From Nannocystis bainbridge (GTDB lineage: Bacteria; Myxococcota_A; Polyangia; Nannocystales; Nannocystaceae), in the NCBI RefSeq assembly GCF_028368995.1, contig NZ_JAQNDL010000003.1, forward strand, positions 2,368,001 to 2,432,000: a stretch of DNA of 64,000 nt. The letters are read 5' to 3'. The notes below the pieces were generated by a model. The model saw nothing but the letters and a program-made list of their open reading frames with translations. It searched no databases and had not been told where the DNA came from. How positions within the stretch are numbered: the stretch's first letter is position 1; each line of letters starts with the position of its first letter. Positions 31,490 to 41,129 of this stretch are shown in pieces. A program made the position numbers and the translations under genes.

Positions 31490-33625
31490 TCACAGCGAGA
31501 CGCCGAGCACGAAGCCGGGCCACACGCGCATCTCGTAAGGATCGATCGGGACCCGCTGCAGGGTCCACCCGTAGCCCATGCGCTGACGCCCGCCCTGGAG
31601 GTCGACGTCGAGGTTGAGGGTCGGGCCGCCCCACACCGCGAGGCGACGGTTGTCCTGCCAGCCGAACATCACGCGCAGGCTGCCAAGCACCGAGGGGTTG
31701 TCGCGGAACTTGAACTTCGGCTGCTGCCAGTAACTGCCGAGGTCGATGTCGAGATAAAACCGCTGCTTGATCGGGATGTGGCCGCCGAAGCCGAGGCCCG
31801 ACATGAAGCCGCGGCCCTCGCCGCCCGGGTGCAGGCCGATCGCCAGGAACGAATAGGTGTACTTGGCGCGGAACTTGACCGCGAGGTTGAAGGCCGCGAT
31901 GTCCGAGGTCCAGATGTCGGCATAGATGCCGCCCTTGCGGGTGATGTTGAGGACGCCGATCTGCGCGTCAGCCTCGTCGGCGTAGTTGAACACGCCGACC
32001 TGCGCGCCGCGGACCTTGCCGGTGGTCACGCCGATGACGCCGACCTGCGCGCCGCCGACCTCCTTACTGACGTTGACGGGGGCTATCTGGGCGCCGCCGA
32101 CCGAGCGGGCCCAATTGACGCCGCCCGCGGCCTGGACCCCGCGCATGTGCCCGCGCAGGACGTTGACGCCGGCGGCCGCCTGGACGCCGCGGCCGTCGCC
32201 GCCGACGCTGTTGAAGCCGGCCGCGCCCTGGACCCCGCGCATGTCGCCGCGCACGAGGTTGAAGCCGGCGGTCGACTGGAAGCCGTGCACGCCGCCGCCG
32301 ACGTAGTTGAAGCCGGCCGCCAGCTGGACCCCGCGCACCCGCTCGTCGACCCAGTTGGCGCCGCTGGCGATCTCGACGCCGTCGATCACCGCGGCGCGAC
32401 CGACGATGAGGTTGAGCGAGAAGTGGTTGATGACCTTGCGCGTCTTCTCGAGCTTGTTGGTGGTCAGCGGATAGACGAAGCCGAACTGGACCGGAATGAC
32501 GCGGTACTGCGACGGATCGATCGGGACCTCGTCGCCGCGCATGGTGGTCATCTCGGCGCCGACCGAGGTCAGCGCCGCGCGCGTCAGCTCGTTCTGCACC
32601 CCCGGCCGCACGTCGACGGTCCCGCGCCACTTGTTCGCGCCGTCGTCGATGACGACCGAGTAACGCCCGGGCTCGAGCGCCAGCGACACCGCGCCGGCGC
32701 CGACGCCCTTGTAGAGCTCGGCCGCGAGCCGACCGTCGCTGTCGCGCACGTAGACCCGCCCGCCGATGCTCGAGTGAATGTCGAGCGTCGCGGTGGTCTC
32801 ACGCAGGTCGGTCATCACGAGGTCGCCGGTCCCGACCAGCTGGATGTCGTAGACGGGGTGCTGCGCGCGCCCCAGCGTGGTCTCGGTGCCCGCCAGCGTC
32901 TCGTCGAAGGCGAACCGATACGCCTCGTGCAAGGTGACCCGGCGATCGCGATTGACGTCGGCCGCGCCGCGCAGGCCCGACACTAGATAATGCGTGAAGT
33001 AGGAGCCGCCGATCCGGTCCGACTCCTGCGCGGCCTCCTCGGCGGAGCTCGAGGTGAGGAAGGCGTGACCCTGGATGTTGGCGTCGCCGGTCGACAGCGG
33101 CGGCCGCATCTTGCCGCCCTTGAGCCGCACGAACGCGCCCGAGGAGCACGAGTCGAGCAAGCCGAGGCGGACCTGGGCGTCGACGGCGTGGATGAGGCCG
33201 CGCAACCTGGGATAGTCGACCTGCGAGGTCCCGAGGTGCACGCCGCGATCGTCGGCGTGGCCGGAGTAATAAAAGAGGAACTGCACGCGCTCGCCGGCAG
33301 CCCGGGCCCTGGCGACGCGATCCTGGGCCCAGCGAAAGCCGTCGAGGAACTGCGTGGGGGACGGATCGATCAACACAAAGGCGTCCCGCCGATCGATGCC
33401 GCCGACGTCGGCGAGCACGCGCGAGAGGGCCTTGGCGTCGCTGCCGGCGTAGCGCAGCTTGACCCGCCCGGGCCCGCCGTCGTTGGCGCCGACGATCAGG
33501 GCGACCCGCCGCGTTTGCGGCTGCGGCACCGGCACGGCGGCCGCGTCGTCGTACACGGGCTCGCGCGGCGCGACTTCCAGCGCGCTGCCGAGCGCGAGCG
33601 CGGCCAGGCTAATCAGGGCGATCAT
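31490..33625 (-). CDS. Exported caspase-family (peptidase C14) protein with C-terminal 15-aa G-x-Q repeats and beta-strand C-terminus
   Basis: Signal peptide, RVALIVGAN, LRYA.SDA, FYYSGHAD, LDSCSSG and SYFTHYLVSGLRGAAD. Repeats such as GVQAAAGVNVLRGHM. Confidence 0.88.
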   Translation of the reverse strand: MIALISLAALALGSALEVAPREPVYDDAAAVPVPQPQTRRVALIVGANDGGPGRVKLRYAGSDAKALSRVLADVGGIDRRDAFVLIDPSPTQFLDGFRWAQDRVARARAAGERVQFLFYYSGHADDRGVHLGTSQVDYPRLRGLIHAVDAQVRLGLLDSCSSGAFVRLKGGKMRPPLSTGDANIQGHAFLTSSSAEEAAQESDRIGGSYFTHYLVSGLRGAADVNRDRRVTLHEAYRFAFDETLAGTETTLGRAQHPVYDIQLVGTGDLVMTDLRETTATLDIHSSIGGRVYVRDSDGRLAAELYKGVGAGAVSLALEPGRYSVVIDDGANKWRGTVDVRPGVQNELTRAALTSVGAEMTTMRGDEVPIDPSQYRVIPVQFGFVYPLTTNKLEKTRKVINHFSLNLIVGRAAVIDGVEIASGANWVDERVRGVQLAAGFNYVGGGVHGFQSTAGFNLVRGDMRGVQGAAGFNSVGGDGRGVQAAAGVNVLRGHMRGVQAAGGVNWARSVGGAQIAPVNVSKEVGGAQVGVIGVTTGKVRGAQVGVFNYADEADAQIGVLNITRKGGIYADIWTSDIAAFNLAVKFRAKYTYSFLAIGLHPGGEGRGFMSGLGFGGHIPIKQRFYLDIDLGSYWQQPKFKFRDNPSVLGSLRVMFGWQDNRRLAVWGGPTLNLDVDLQGGRQRMGYGWTLQRVPIDPYEMRVWPGFVLGVSL

Positions 33626-34410
33626 GGCGACACCTTCTCGACCAAAAACGAGGACTGAGCCCAGCCCGCGGGCAACTGCAGCGGGCGCGTGGTGGCGTCG
33701 GTGAACGCCGCGATCGTCTTGAGCTCGGCGACCACCCGCGAGGCGTCGAGCGGCCCGTTGGCGGTCACGAACACGAACCGCTCGAAATTCGGGGCGGCGT
33801 CGAGCTCGTAAGCCTGGGCCAGCCGGACCGCGCCGCCCTGGCGCAGCGCCGTCGAACCGCCGGGCTCGCCCGGGAAATGCAGCGTGACCACGCCGGCGCC
33901 GTCGAGCGAGGCGACCACGCCGTGGGTCGCCCCGGCGGCGACGTAGCTGACCTGAAGCACATCCCCGGCGCCGGCCCGCGCCGGCGCCCGCAGCGGCTCG
34001 GCGACCTCGCCGACCTGACGGTGGATCACCAGGTGCGAGGCCAGGCCCTTGATCCGCACGCCGTCGCCGGCCTCCCCCTGGGACATGTCCCCGAGGACAG
34101 ATGGTTCGCCGCTCGGCGCTGCGGGATCGCCCGGGCGCAGCATCACGATCGCCACCGCCGCGGCGGCGACCGCCGTCGGCAGGCCGAACCACACCATGCG
34201 CTGGCGGTTGGCGCGGGCCTCGGCGATGCGCCGCCCGGCTCGCCGCTCGACCTCGGCGGCCACCGCCGCGGCCGGGTGTGCGGCCAGGATCGCCGCGTCG
34301 GAGGCCCGCAGCGCCGCCAGCTCGGCCTCGTCGACCACCCCCGCGCGCTCGCCCGCCGCGATCTGCTCGAGATGCAGCGCCGGCCGCTGCCTGGTGCCCT
34401 TGTCGCTCAT
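33622..34410 (-). CDS. ActD-like / putative anti-sigma membrane protein
   Basis: LHLEQIAAGE N-terminus, single TM, RIKG, GDVLQVSY, SLDGAGVVTLHFP and AYELDAAPNFERF. ATGA-coupled to both neighbours. Confidence 0.72.
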   Translation of the reverse strand: MSDKGTRQRPALHLEQIAAGERAGVVDEAELAALRASDAAILAAHPAAAVAAEVERRAGRRIAEARANRQRMVWFGLPTAVAAAAVAIVMLRPGDPAAPSGEPSVLGDMSQGEAGDGVRIKGLASHLVIHRQVGEVAEPLRAPARAGAGDVLQVSYVAAGATHGVVASLDGAGVVTLHFPGEPGGSTALRQGGAVRLAQAYELDAAPNFERFVFVTANGPLDASRVVAELKTIAAFTDATTRPLQLPAGWAQSSFLVEKVSP

Positions 34411-34889
34411 GCGGCCCCCTCTCGCGCCATCACGCCGGCGCGCAGCGTCCGCAGCCGCTTGCGGACCCCCGAGACCGAGAGCCCGACGCTCTCGGCGACC
34501 TCCTCGAGCGTCATGCCGTCGACGAGGTGCATCACCGCCATCGTGCCCGTCGACACCGGCTCGCGCGCGAACAACTTGTCGAGCACGACCCGCGCGACCC
34601 CGCGGGCCTCGGTGTCGTCGAGCGCGGCGATCTCCATCAGCAGCTCCGACTGCGGGTCCTCGGGCCGCCGCTTGATCGAGCGCAGCTTGTTGAGGCACAC
34701 GTTGGTGGCGATCCGCCACAACAGGCTGCACGCGCCCTTGTCGACCAGGCGCTCGCGGTGCACCAGAAGTTGTACGAAGACATCGTGCATGGCATCCACC
34801 GCCTGCTGCTCGTCGCGCAGCAAGCTCCGGCAACGGCGCAGGACCATCGGTCCGTGGCGCTTGTAGGTGTCCTGGACGTCGATGGCCAT
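34407..34889 (-). CDS. ECF sigma-70 factor
   Basis: YKRHGPMVLRRCRSLL.DEQ.A.DAMHDVF, LWRIATNVCLN and DGMTLEEVAE.VGLSVSGVRKRL. Confidence 0.92.
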   Translation of the reverse strand: MAIDVQDTYKRHGPMVLRRCRSLLRDEQQAVDAMHDVFVQLLVHRERLVDKGACSLLWRIATNVCLNKLRSIKRRPEDPQSELLMEIAALDDTEARGVARVVLDKLFAREPVSTGTMAVMHLVDGMTLEEVAESVGLSVSGVRKRLRTLRAGVMAREGAA

Positions 34890-35145
34890 CAGCCCCCGCT
34901 CGCCTCGACCCTCAAACACCGCCCGCAGCTTTGCCTGTCACTGCATCGCCGAACTTTTTTTGCGCGCGAACCCGCACGACCGCCGCCCGCGCCTGCACGG
35001 TCGCTCAGGCGAGCCCCTGTGAGGGACCACCCAGCCCTCCCGGTCGCGCCGCGCGGCATGGCGGGATGATTGTCCAGGCGCACACCGCCTCGCAAGGGCG
35101 CCGCGGACGGTGACACTTCCGCGGCCCCGCGGTGTTCGAGGTCGC

Positions 35146-36477
35146 ATGCCCCGTGACCTCCGCTATCTCACCCCGGCGCTCCTCCTGCTCGCGAGCGCGT
35201 GCAAGGACGAGGACCCCGCGCCAGCCGACGAGACGACTTATTGGCAGCACGTCGCGCCGATCTTCTTCGACCGCTGCGTCGGTTGCCACACTGAAGGAGG
35301 CATCGCGCCGTTCCGCCTCGACAACTATGAGGATGCGAGCACCTGGGCCAGCTCGAGCGCCGCCGCCGTGGCCGCGCGGACCATGCCGCCGTGGCTGCTG
35401 ACCTCGGACGGCAGCTGCGGCGAGTTCCGCGGCTCGATGGCGCTGTCGCAGGAGCAGATCGACACCATCGCCGCGTGGGCCGACGCCGACGCGCCCGAGG
35501 GCGAGCCGCGCACCGACCTCAAGCCGGCCGAGCCGCCGCGGCTCGAGTCGGGCCTCGACCTCGTCACCCCCGAATTCGTGCCGCAGGCCGAAGGCGGCCC
35601 GCTGGCGGCCTTCGACGAGTACCGCTGCTTCTTGCTCGAGCCCGGCCTCGACCGCGACCGCTTCATCACCGGCTACGAGGTCACGCCGGGCAACCCGCAG
35701 CTGGTACACCACGCGCTGGCCATGCCGGTCGACCTCGACGCCGAGTCGTGGCGCGGCGACGGCAGCACCAACCGCGAGGTCATCGAGGCGCTCGACGGCG
35801 ACAGCCCCGACCGCGACGGCTGGCCGTGCTTCAGCGCCGCCGGCGAGGGCGTCTCGGTGACCCAGCAGCCGGTGACCTGGGCCCCGGGCATGGGCTTCGT
35901 CGACTACCCCGCGGGCACCGGCGTGCGCCTGCGGGACACCGACGTGGTGGTCGTGCAGCTCCACTACAACCTCCACGACGGCCCCGGCAGCACCGCCTCC
36001 GACAGCACCCAGGTGCGCCTGCGCCTCGCGGACGAGGTCGAGCGCGAGGGCGTGTTCCTCATGGTCGACCACTTCCTCGACACGCTTTTCTACGGCGAGC
36101 CCGCCGAGCTCCCGCCCGGCCAGGCCGCGGCGAAGTACGAGTCCGAGACGCACATCGGCGACTGGCTGCTCGCCGAGGTCGGCGCCGAGTCGCTCGAGCT
36201 GCACGGCATCTTCCCGCACATGCACGAGCGCGGCCGCAAGTGGCGCGTCACCATGTCCGACGACGCCGGCGAGCAGTGCCTGGGCGACGTCCAGCGCTGG
36301 GACTTCGCCTGGCAGATGTACTACTTCTTCACCGACCCGCCGCGGATCACCAGCAAATCGCACCTCAAGATCAGCTGCGAATTCGACACCAGCGCCGACA
36401 AGGAGCCGATCACCCCCGGCTGGGGCACGCAGAACGAGATGTGCCTGGCCGGCCTGTTCGTCGTCCCGCCGAAGTGA
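35146..36477 (+). CDS. Lipoprotein with a c-type heme motif and a copper type II ascorbate-dependent monooxygenase-like domain
   Basis: LASAC lipobox, CVGCH..GGIAPF, MPPW, DEYRCF, VHH, QLHYN, PHMH, WDFAWQ and EMC. Confidence 0.85.
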   Translation: MPRDLRYLTPALLLLASACKDEDPAPADETTYWQHVAPIFFDRCVGCHTEGGIAPFRLDNYEDASTWASSSAAAVAARTMPPWLLTSDGSCGEFRGSMALSQEQIDTIAAWADADAPEGEPRTDLKPAEPPRLESGLDLVTPEFVPQAEGGPLAAFDEYRCFLLEPGLDRDRFITGYEVTPGNPQLVHHALAMPVDLDAESWRGDGSTNREVIEALDGDSPDRDGWPCFSAAGEGVSVTQQPVTWAPGMGFVDYPAGTGVRLRDTDVVVVQLHYNLHDGPGSTASDSTQVRLRLADEVEREGVFLMVDHFLDTLFYGEPAELPPGQAAAKYESETHIGDWLLAEVGAESLELHGIFPHMHERGRKWRVTMSDDAGEQCLGDVQRWDFAWQMYYFFTDPPRITSKSHLKISCEFDTSADKEPITPGWGTQNEMCLAGLFVVPPK

Positions 36478-36490
36478 CTCCTTTCTAAAA

Positions 36491-36532
36491 TGTCCCCAAG
36501 AGCATGTCCTCAGCGACATGCTCCTTGGGGCA
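36491..36532. repeat. Array of three 14-bp TGTC-N6-GACA-type units
   Basis: TGTCCCCAAGAGCA|TGTCCTCAGCGACA|TGCTCCTTGGGGCA. Confidence 0.8.
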
Positions 36533-36603
36533 TCCAGCGATGACAGAATCGACGACGCGCGGGCCGAGCGCGAACGCACCGGCTCGCGACACGCTCATGT
36601 CCC

Positions 36604-37944
36604 TCAGGCCAGGTTCTCGGGCGAACCGACGCCGCCGAAGCGGGTCGCCAGGGTGCGCACGAACGCGGCCAGCCACGGCTGCATCGCGTCGAGCTCGCGC
36701 TCGATCGTCTTGGAGGTCACCACCACCAGCTCGCTGTCGGTCAGCGCCACCACGCTGGCGGTGCGCGGCGACGCGGCGAAGATCGCGGTCTCGCCGAACA
36801 CGTCGCCGGGGCCGAGCTCGCGCAGCACCACCTTGCCCTGGCCCCCTTTTTTAAACACCTGCAGCGTGCCGGCGCGGACGATGTAGGCCGCCTCGCCGAC
36901 CTCGCCCTCGCGGATCACGAGCTCGCCCGCGGCGACGCTCGTCACCGCGAAGCTGCCGCCGCCGCGCAGCAGCGCCTTGATGTCCTCGATCAGGTCGTCG
37001 ACGCGGGGGTAGCGGTCGGCCGGCTTGAGCGCCAGCGCCTTCATGCAGATCCGCACCAGCTCCGGCGGGAAAGTGATCGCGGCGCCGACGACGACGTCCG
37101 GCGGCGTGACCTCGCCGCGCTGCGCCATCTTCAGCACGCGCTTGGGGTCGGGGTCCTGATAGAGCGGGCGGCCGGTCAGCAGCTCGAACAGCAGGCCGCC
37201 GAGCAGGAACACGTCGGAGCGCTCGTCGAGCGACTTGCGGCGGCCCTGCGCCTGCTCGGGCGACATGTACTCCGGCGTGCCCCAGACGATGTTGTCGGCC
37301 TCCTCCGGGCGCAGCGGCGGCAGGTTCTCGTGCGTCCACACGTCCTCGGCCCCGGCGCGCGGCGGCAGCAGCAGCGCGTTACCCCAGTCCATCACGAACA
37401 CCTGGCCGTAGGCGCCGACCATGACGTTCGCTGTCTTGATGTCGCAGTGCAGCACCCCGCGGCTGTGGGCGAACGCGACGCCGTCGCACACCTTGACGAA
37501 CGCGTCGAGGCGGCGCTGCAGCTGGTCGGGCGTGCGCGGCGGTCGGCCGGCGATCAGCGAGTACAGCGAGCGGCCCTCGATCAGCTTCATCGTGAAGAAG
37601 ATGCCGCCGTCCGGGTCGCGCCCGAGCTCGTAGATCGGGGCGATGTTGGGGTGGTCGAGCTGGCCGGACACCTGGGCCTCGCGGATGAACGCGTGCACCA
37701 GCAGGTAGTACTCGTACGAGCCGGGCTGCAGGGTCTTGAGCGCCATCCGCCGCTGCAGCGACTTGTCGAACGCGACCCGCACCGAGCCGACCCCGCCGGT
37801 AGCGATCACCTCACCGATGCGCAGGTGGTTCATCGCCGCCGGCAGCACCGACTGGACCAGCGCGCGCGTGCGGTCGTCGAGCGCGATCACCTCGCCGTCG
37901 AGCCCGACGACGGTGATCGGGATGTCCACGGTCTCCTCGTCCAT
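36604..37944 (-). CDS. Ser/Thr kinase with C-terminal cyclic-nucleotide-binding domain
   Basis: IATGGVGSV, MALK, HCDIKTAN, DWG and GTPEYMSPE. C-terminal IREGEVG..AYIV..G...V, LGPGDVFGE and PRTASV.A. Confidence 0.92.
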   Translation of the reverse strand: MDEETVDIPITVVGLDGEVIALDDRTRALVQSVLPAAMNHLRIGEVIATGGVGSVRVAFDKSLQRRMALKTLQPGSYEYYLLVHAFIREAQVSGQLDHPNIAPIYELGRDPDGGIFFTMKLIEGRSLYSLIAGRPPRTPDQLQRRLDAFVKVCDGVAFAHSRGVLHCDIKTANVMVGAYGQVFVMDWGNALLLPPRAGAEDVWTHENLPPLRPEEADNIVWGTPEYMSPEQAQGRRKSLDERSDVFLLGGLLFELLTGRPLYQDPDPKRVLKMAQRGEVTPPDVVVGAAITFPPELVRICMKALALKPADRYPRVDDLIEDIKALLRGGGSFAVTSVAAGELVIREGEVGEAAYIVRAGTLQVFKKGGQGKVVLRELGPGDVFGETAIFAASPRTASVVALTDSELVVVTSKTIERELDAMQPWLAAFVRTLATRFGGVGSPENLA

Positions 37945-37972
37945 CGCGCGCCACCCTATCACGCGGCTGCGC

Positions 37973-39283
37973 TCATCGCATCCGCTGCAGCTGGTACCGC
38001 AGCTGCCGCAGACCGCCGCGCATGCGGGCCCGCAGGTGCCCGAGGTTGCGCCGCGTCAGCAGCTCGCGCGGCCGCAGGTACACCTCGGCGTTGAACATCG
38101 ACAGCAAGATCCGGTGACGGCGCCAGTTCTTCGCCCCGCGCACCACCCGGAGCCGCGCCGACACCCCCAGCGTCTGCAGCCCGAACGGCTGCGTCAGCGC
38201 GAACAGCAGCGGCTGCCCGCACACCTCGACGTCGGCCGCCGCCCCGCGCACCACCTCGCAGCGCCCGCGCGCCAGGTCGAGGCGCAGCGTGACCTCGAGG
38301 TCGCGCACGTCGATCGTCACCGGAGCCAGCCACGCGCGCAGCAGCCACCTCGGGTAGTGCTCGGCCAGGCGGGTCGCCAGCGTCTGGGCCGCGGCGATCA
38401 GCGCCGGCAGCTCGACCGGCGTCGGCGGGTCGAGCGGGGCCGCGCTCGCGCGCGCGAACGCCTCGTCCCACAGCTTCAGCGCCGGCCGCGAGTCCCACGC
38501 CGCGCCGACCTCGTAGTCATCACCCGGCGCGATCACGTCGAGGCGCAGCCCGAGGTGCTCGAACGCCGCCGCCACGCGCCCTGGCGTGTTGGCGTACGCG
38601 TTCATGTACGCGTTGTCCTCGCACGAGAAGCGGACGAAGCTGGCGATCGGGATCGTCGTCTCGGCGCCGAGGTCGCGATGGTTGGCGATCATGCTGTCGA
38701 CGATCGCCCGCGCCTTTCGCGGCAGCCGCTCGTCACGGTCGGCCTCGCCGCCGTAGCCGGCCAGCGAGAACTGGTTCAGCACCACCTGCGCCGGCCCGAG
38801 GTCGCCGCGGATGATGCGGCAGTCACCGGCGGCGGCCTCGGCGTCGTTGACGTTCACGAGACATGTCCCATCGGCCATGACCGCGAGGACAGAGTCCATC
38901 TGCCCGACCTGATAGCAGTACACCTGCAGCCCCGGGCGCAGGTCGACCAGGGCCCGGTGCGGCAACAGGCGGACGTCGGCGAAGCCGAGGCGGGCGAACG
39001 CCTGCGGCATCTTGTCCGTCGGCATCTGCTGGAACAGCACCGTGACGCGGCGCTTGAACGCCGGCGGCAGGTCGCGCAGCGTCGGCAGGTGGAAGTGGTC
39101 GGGGTGCTCGTGCGAGACCCACAGATAATCGACCTGCTCGAGCCACGCCGCGTCCCACACCGGAGGCGTCACCAGCGACCACGAGTTATTAAAAACCTTG
39201 CCGCCGAGCCATGGGTCGGTCCAGATCGTCGCCCCCCCGGCCTCGATCAGCAGCGACGCGTGGGCCACCAGGCGCAGCTTCAT
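37973..39283 (-). CDS. Metallo-beta-lactamase-fold protein (CMP-Neu5Ac hydroxylase/UlaG-like)
   Basis: HASLLIE, TDPWL.G..F..SW, SHEHPDHFH, DS, N.ND and IPIAS. Confidence 0.82.
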   Translation of the reverse strand: MKLRLVAHASLLIEAGGATIWTDPWLGGKVFNNSWSLVTPPVWDAAWLEQVDYLWVSHEHPDHFHLPTLRDLPPAFKRRVTVLFQQMPTDKMPQAFARLGFADVRLLPHRALVDLRPGLQVYCYQVGQMDSVLAVMADGTCLVNVNDAEAAAGDCRIIRGDLGPAQVVLNQFSLAGYGGEADRDERLPRKARAIVDSMIANHRDLGAETTIPIASFVRFSCEDNAYMNAYANTPGRVAAAFEHLGLRLDVIAPGDDYEVGAAWDSRPALKLWDEAFARASAAPLDPPTPVELPALIAAAQTLATRLAEHYPRWLLRAWLAPVTIDVRDLEVTLRLDLARGRCEVVRGAAADVEVCGQPLLFALTQPFGLQTLGVSARLRVVRGAKNWRRHRILLSMFNAEVYLRPRELLTRRNLGHLRARMRGGLRQLRYQLQRMR

Positions 39284-39430
39284 CGCCGGCCCCTCCCGCG
39301 ATCGACCGGTCGCACGGCGACCCGGGACGCGATCACGATCTCAGGCCGCTGCATGCCGTCCACGGTCCACGGTAGCAAGCGGCCCCGGTCCTGCCAACCG
39401 CGCCGCGCGCAGGCATGAGGTCCGCGGGCC

Positions 39431-40078
39431 TCACCCGCCCAGATCGAGCTCGCCGAGGTGCTGCGTGGCGTTCTGGACCTGGATGTCCCATCGGCCATCC
39501 GCGCGGTGGCGCAGGCGATAGAGCCCGGCCAGCGACACCGGCAGCGCGATCGCCTCGGCCTGCGGCATGCCGGTGAGCGCCGCGATCACGGCCTTGATCA
39601 CGCCCTTGTGCAGCACCGCGACCACGCGCGGGCTCGCGGGCATGGCCAGGGTCCGGCGCGCGCCGGCCTGCACGCGGTCCCAGAACGCCTGCCGCGACTC
39701 GCCGCCGGGGTAGGTGAAGCCGAGCCCCTCGGCGAGGTAGCGGCCGTGGCCGGTGGGGTCGCGCTCGGCGACCTCGGCGAAGGTGAGGCCCTCCCACGCG
39801 CCGAAATCGACCTCGGCGAACTCGGGCACCACCGTCACCGGCGGGGGCGGCCGCTGACCGCCGGCGACCAGCGACGCCGCGGCCCGCGAGCGCTGCAGCG
39901 GCGACGCCAGCACCGCCGCGAAGGCGGGCTCGGCCGCCAGCGCGACCGCCACGCGCTCGATCTGCTGCAGCCCGAGCGACGACAGCGCCACGTCCGTGGC
40001 CCCGTGGAGGCGGATCGACGACTGGCCGTCGGTCTCGCCGTGGCGGACCAGCACGAGCTCGGCGGGGGCTGTCGACAT
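39431..40078 (-). CDS. Histidine phosphatase family protein
   Basis: LVRHGET, SPLQR, EVDFGAWEG, PGGES and VLHKG. Confidence 0.92.
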   Translation of the reverse strand: MSTAPAELVLVRHGETDGQSSIRLHGATDVALSSLGLQQIERVAVALAAEPAFAAVLASPLQRSRAAASLVAGGQRPPPPVTVVPEFAEVDFGAWEGLTFAEVAERDPTGHGRYLAEGLGFTYPGGESRQAFWDRVQAGARRTLAMPASPRVVAVLHKGVIKAVIAALTGMPQAEAIALPVSLAGLYRLRHRADGRWDIQVQNATQHLGELDLGG

Positions 40079-40190
40079 GGCGCTCTGGCACCTGGGGTAC
40101 GCCACGTCCGCGGCTGCGTCAACGGCCCGCCGGCGTGCACACGCCGCGCTTGCGGACGCGGCGGCCTCTGACATATAACGAACCCGCGAA

Positions 40191-40913
40191 ATGGCCTCAC
40201 GAACGCCACGGCGCCCGGCTTCGGAGGCTGTTCCAGGTGCGAGCGCACCGCGCCCCGCGGGTGCCGACGGTGCCCGCTCGGAGGCCGAGTCGGGCGGTCG
40301 CCCGGCCGCCGATGCGACCTCGGAGATCGCGCTGCTCGGCGAGGGCGACATCGGCGCGGCCGAGCTGACGCGCCGCCTCGCCGACAACATCCGCACCCTC
40401 CGCAAGGCCCGCGGCTACTCGCTCGACGACATGGCCCGAAGGTCAGGTGTCTCGCGGGCCAGCCTCTCGCAGGTCGAGACCGCCAAGACCAACCCGACGA
40501 TCGCCATCCTGTGGAAGATCGCCGCCGGGCTCGAGGTGCCGTTCTCCGCCCTGCTCGGGGCCGACAAGACCGAGCGCGTCAGCGTGCTGCGCCGCCCCGA
40601 CCAGCGGGTCCTCCGCTCGGCCGACGGCCAGCTCGAGAGCCGCCCGCTCACCCCCGCCGGCACCCTCGGCGGCGTCGAGGTCTACGAGCTGCGCCTGGCC
40701 CCCCGCGCCGTCCACAGCTCCGAGCCCCACGCCCCCGGCACCGGCGAGAGCGTGACCGTCCTGGTCGGCCAGCTGCGCCTGCGCGTCGCCGAGGAGGTCC
40801 ACGACCTCTCCGCCGGCGACACCGCCAGCTTCGCCGCCGACGTCGGCCACAGCTACGAGAACCCGGGCCGCACGCACACGCTGGTCCACAACGTGATCGT
40901 CTACCAGCGCTAG
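40191..40913 (+). CDS. XRE-family HTH plus cupin transcriptional regulator
   Basis: IRTLRKARGYSLDDMARRSGVSRASLSQVE....NPTI..LWKIA..L, then cupin H..G..E...V..G and F.AD..HSY.N. Confidence 0.92.
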   Translation: MASRTPRRPASEAVPGASAPRPAGADGARSEAESGGRPAADATSEIALLGEGDIGAAELTRRLADNIRTLRKARGYSLDDMARRSGVSRASLSQVETAKTNPTIAILWKIAAGLEVPFSALLGADKTERVSVLRRPDQRVLRSADGQLESRPLTPAGTLGGVEVYELRLAPRAVHSSEPHAPGTGESVTVLVGQLRLRVAEEVHDLSAGDTASFAADVGHSYENPGRTHTLVHNVIVYQR

Positions 40914-41129
40914 CGATCTGTCCCGCGGGACAGGTTGATTCGCCGGGGCCGCTGCGACCGATCCTCGGGTCATGGACCTCGGGACGACTCGCGTCCGCGA
41001 CGACCTGTCCTCCGGGACAAATCGCTAGCGCTTCGCGTGACCGGGCGGGCAGACTCGCGGTGACCTGTCCTTCGAGACACCTTGTCATCACGAGCGGTCC
41101 CAAGCGCCGGGCCGCGCGCGACCTGTCCC

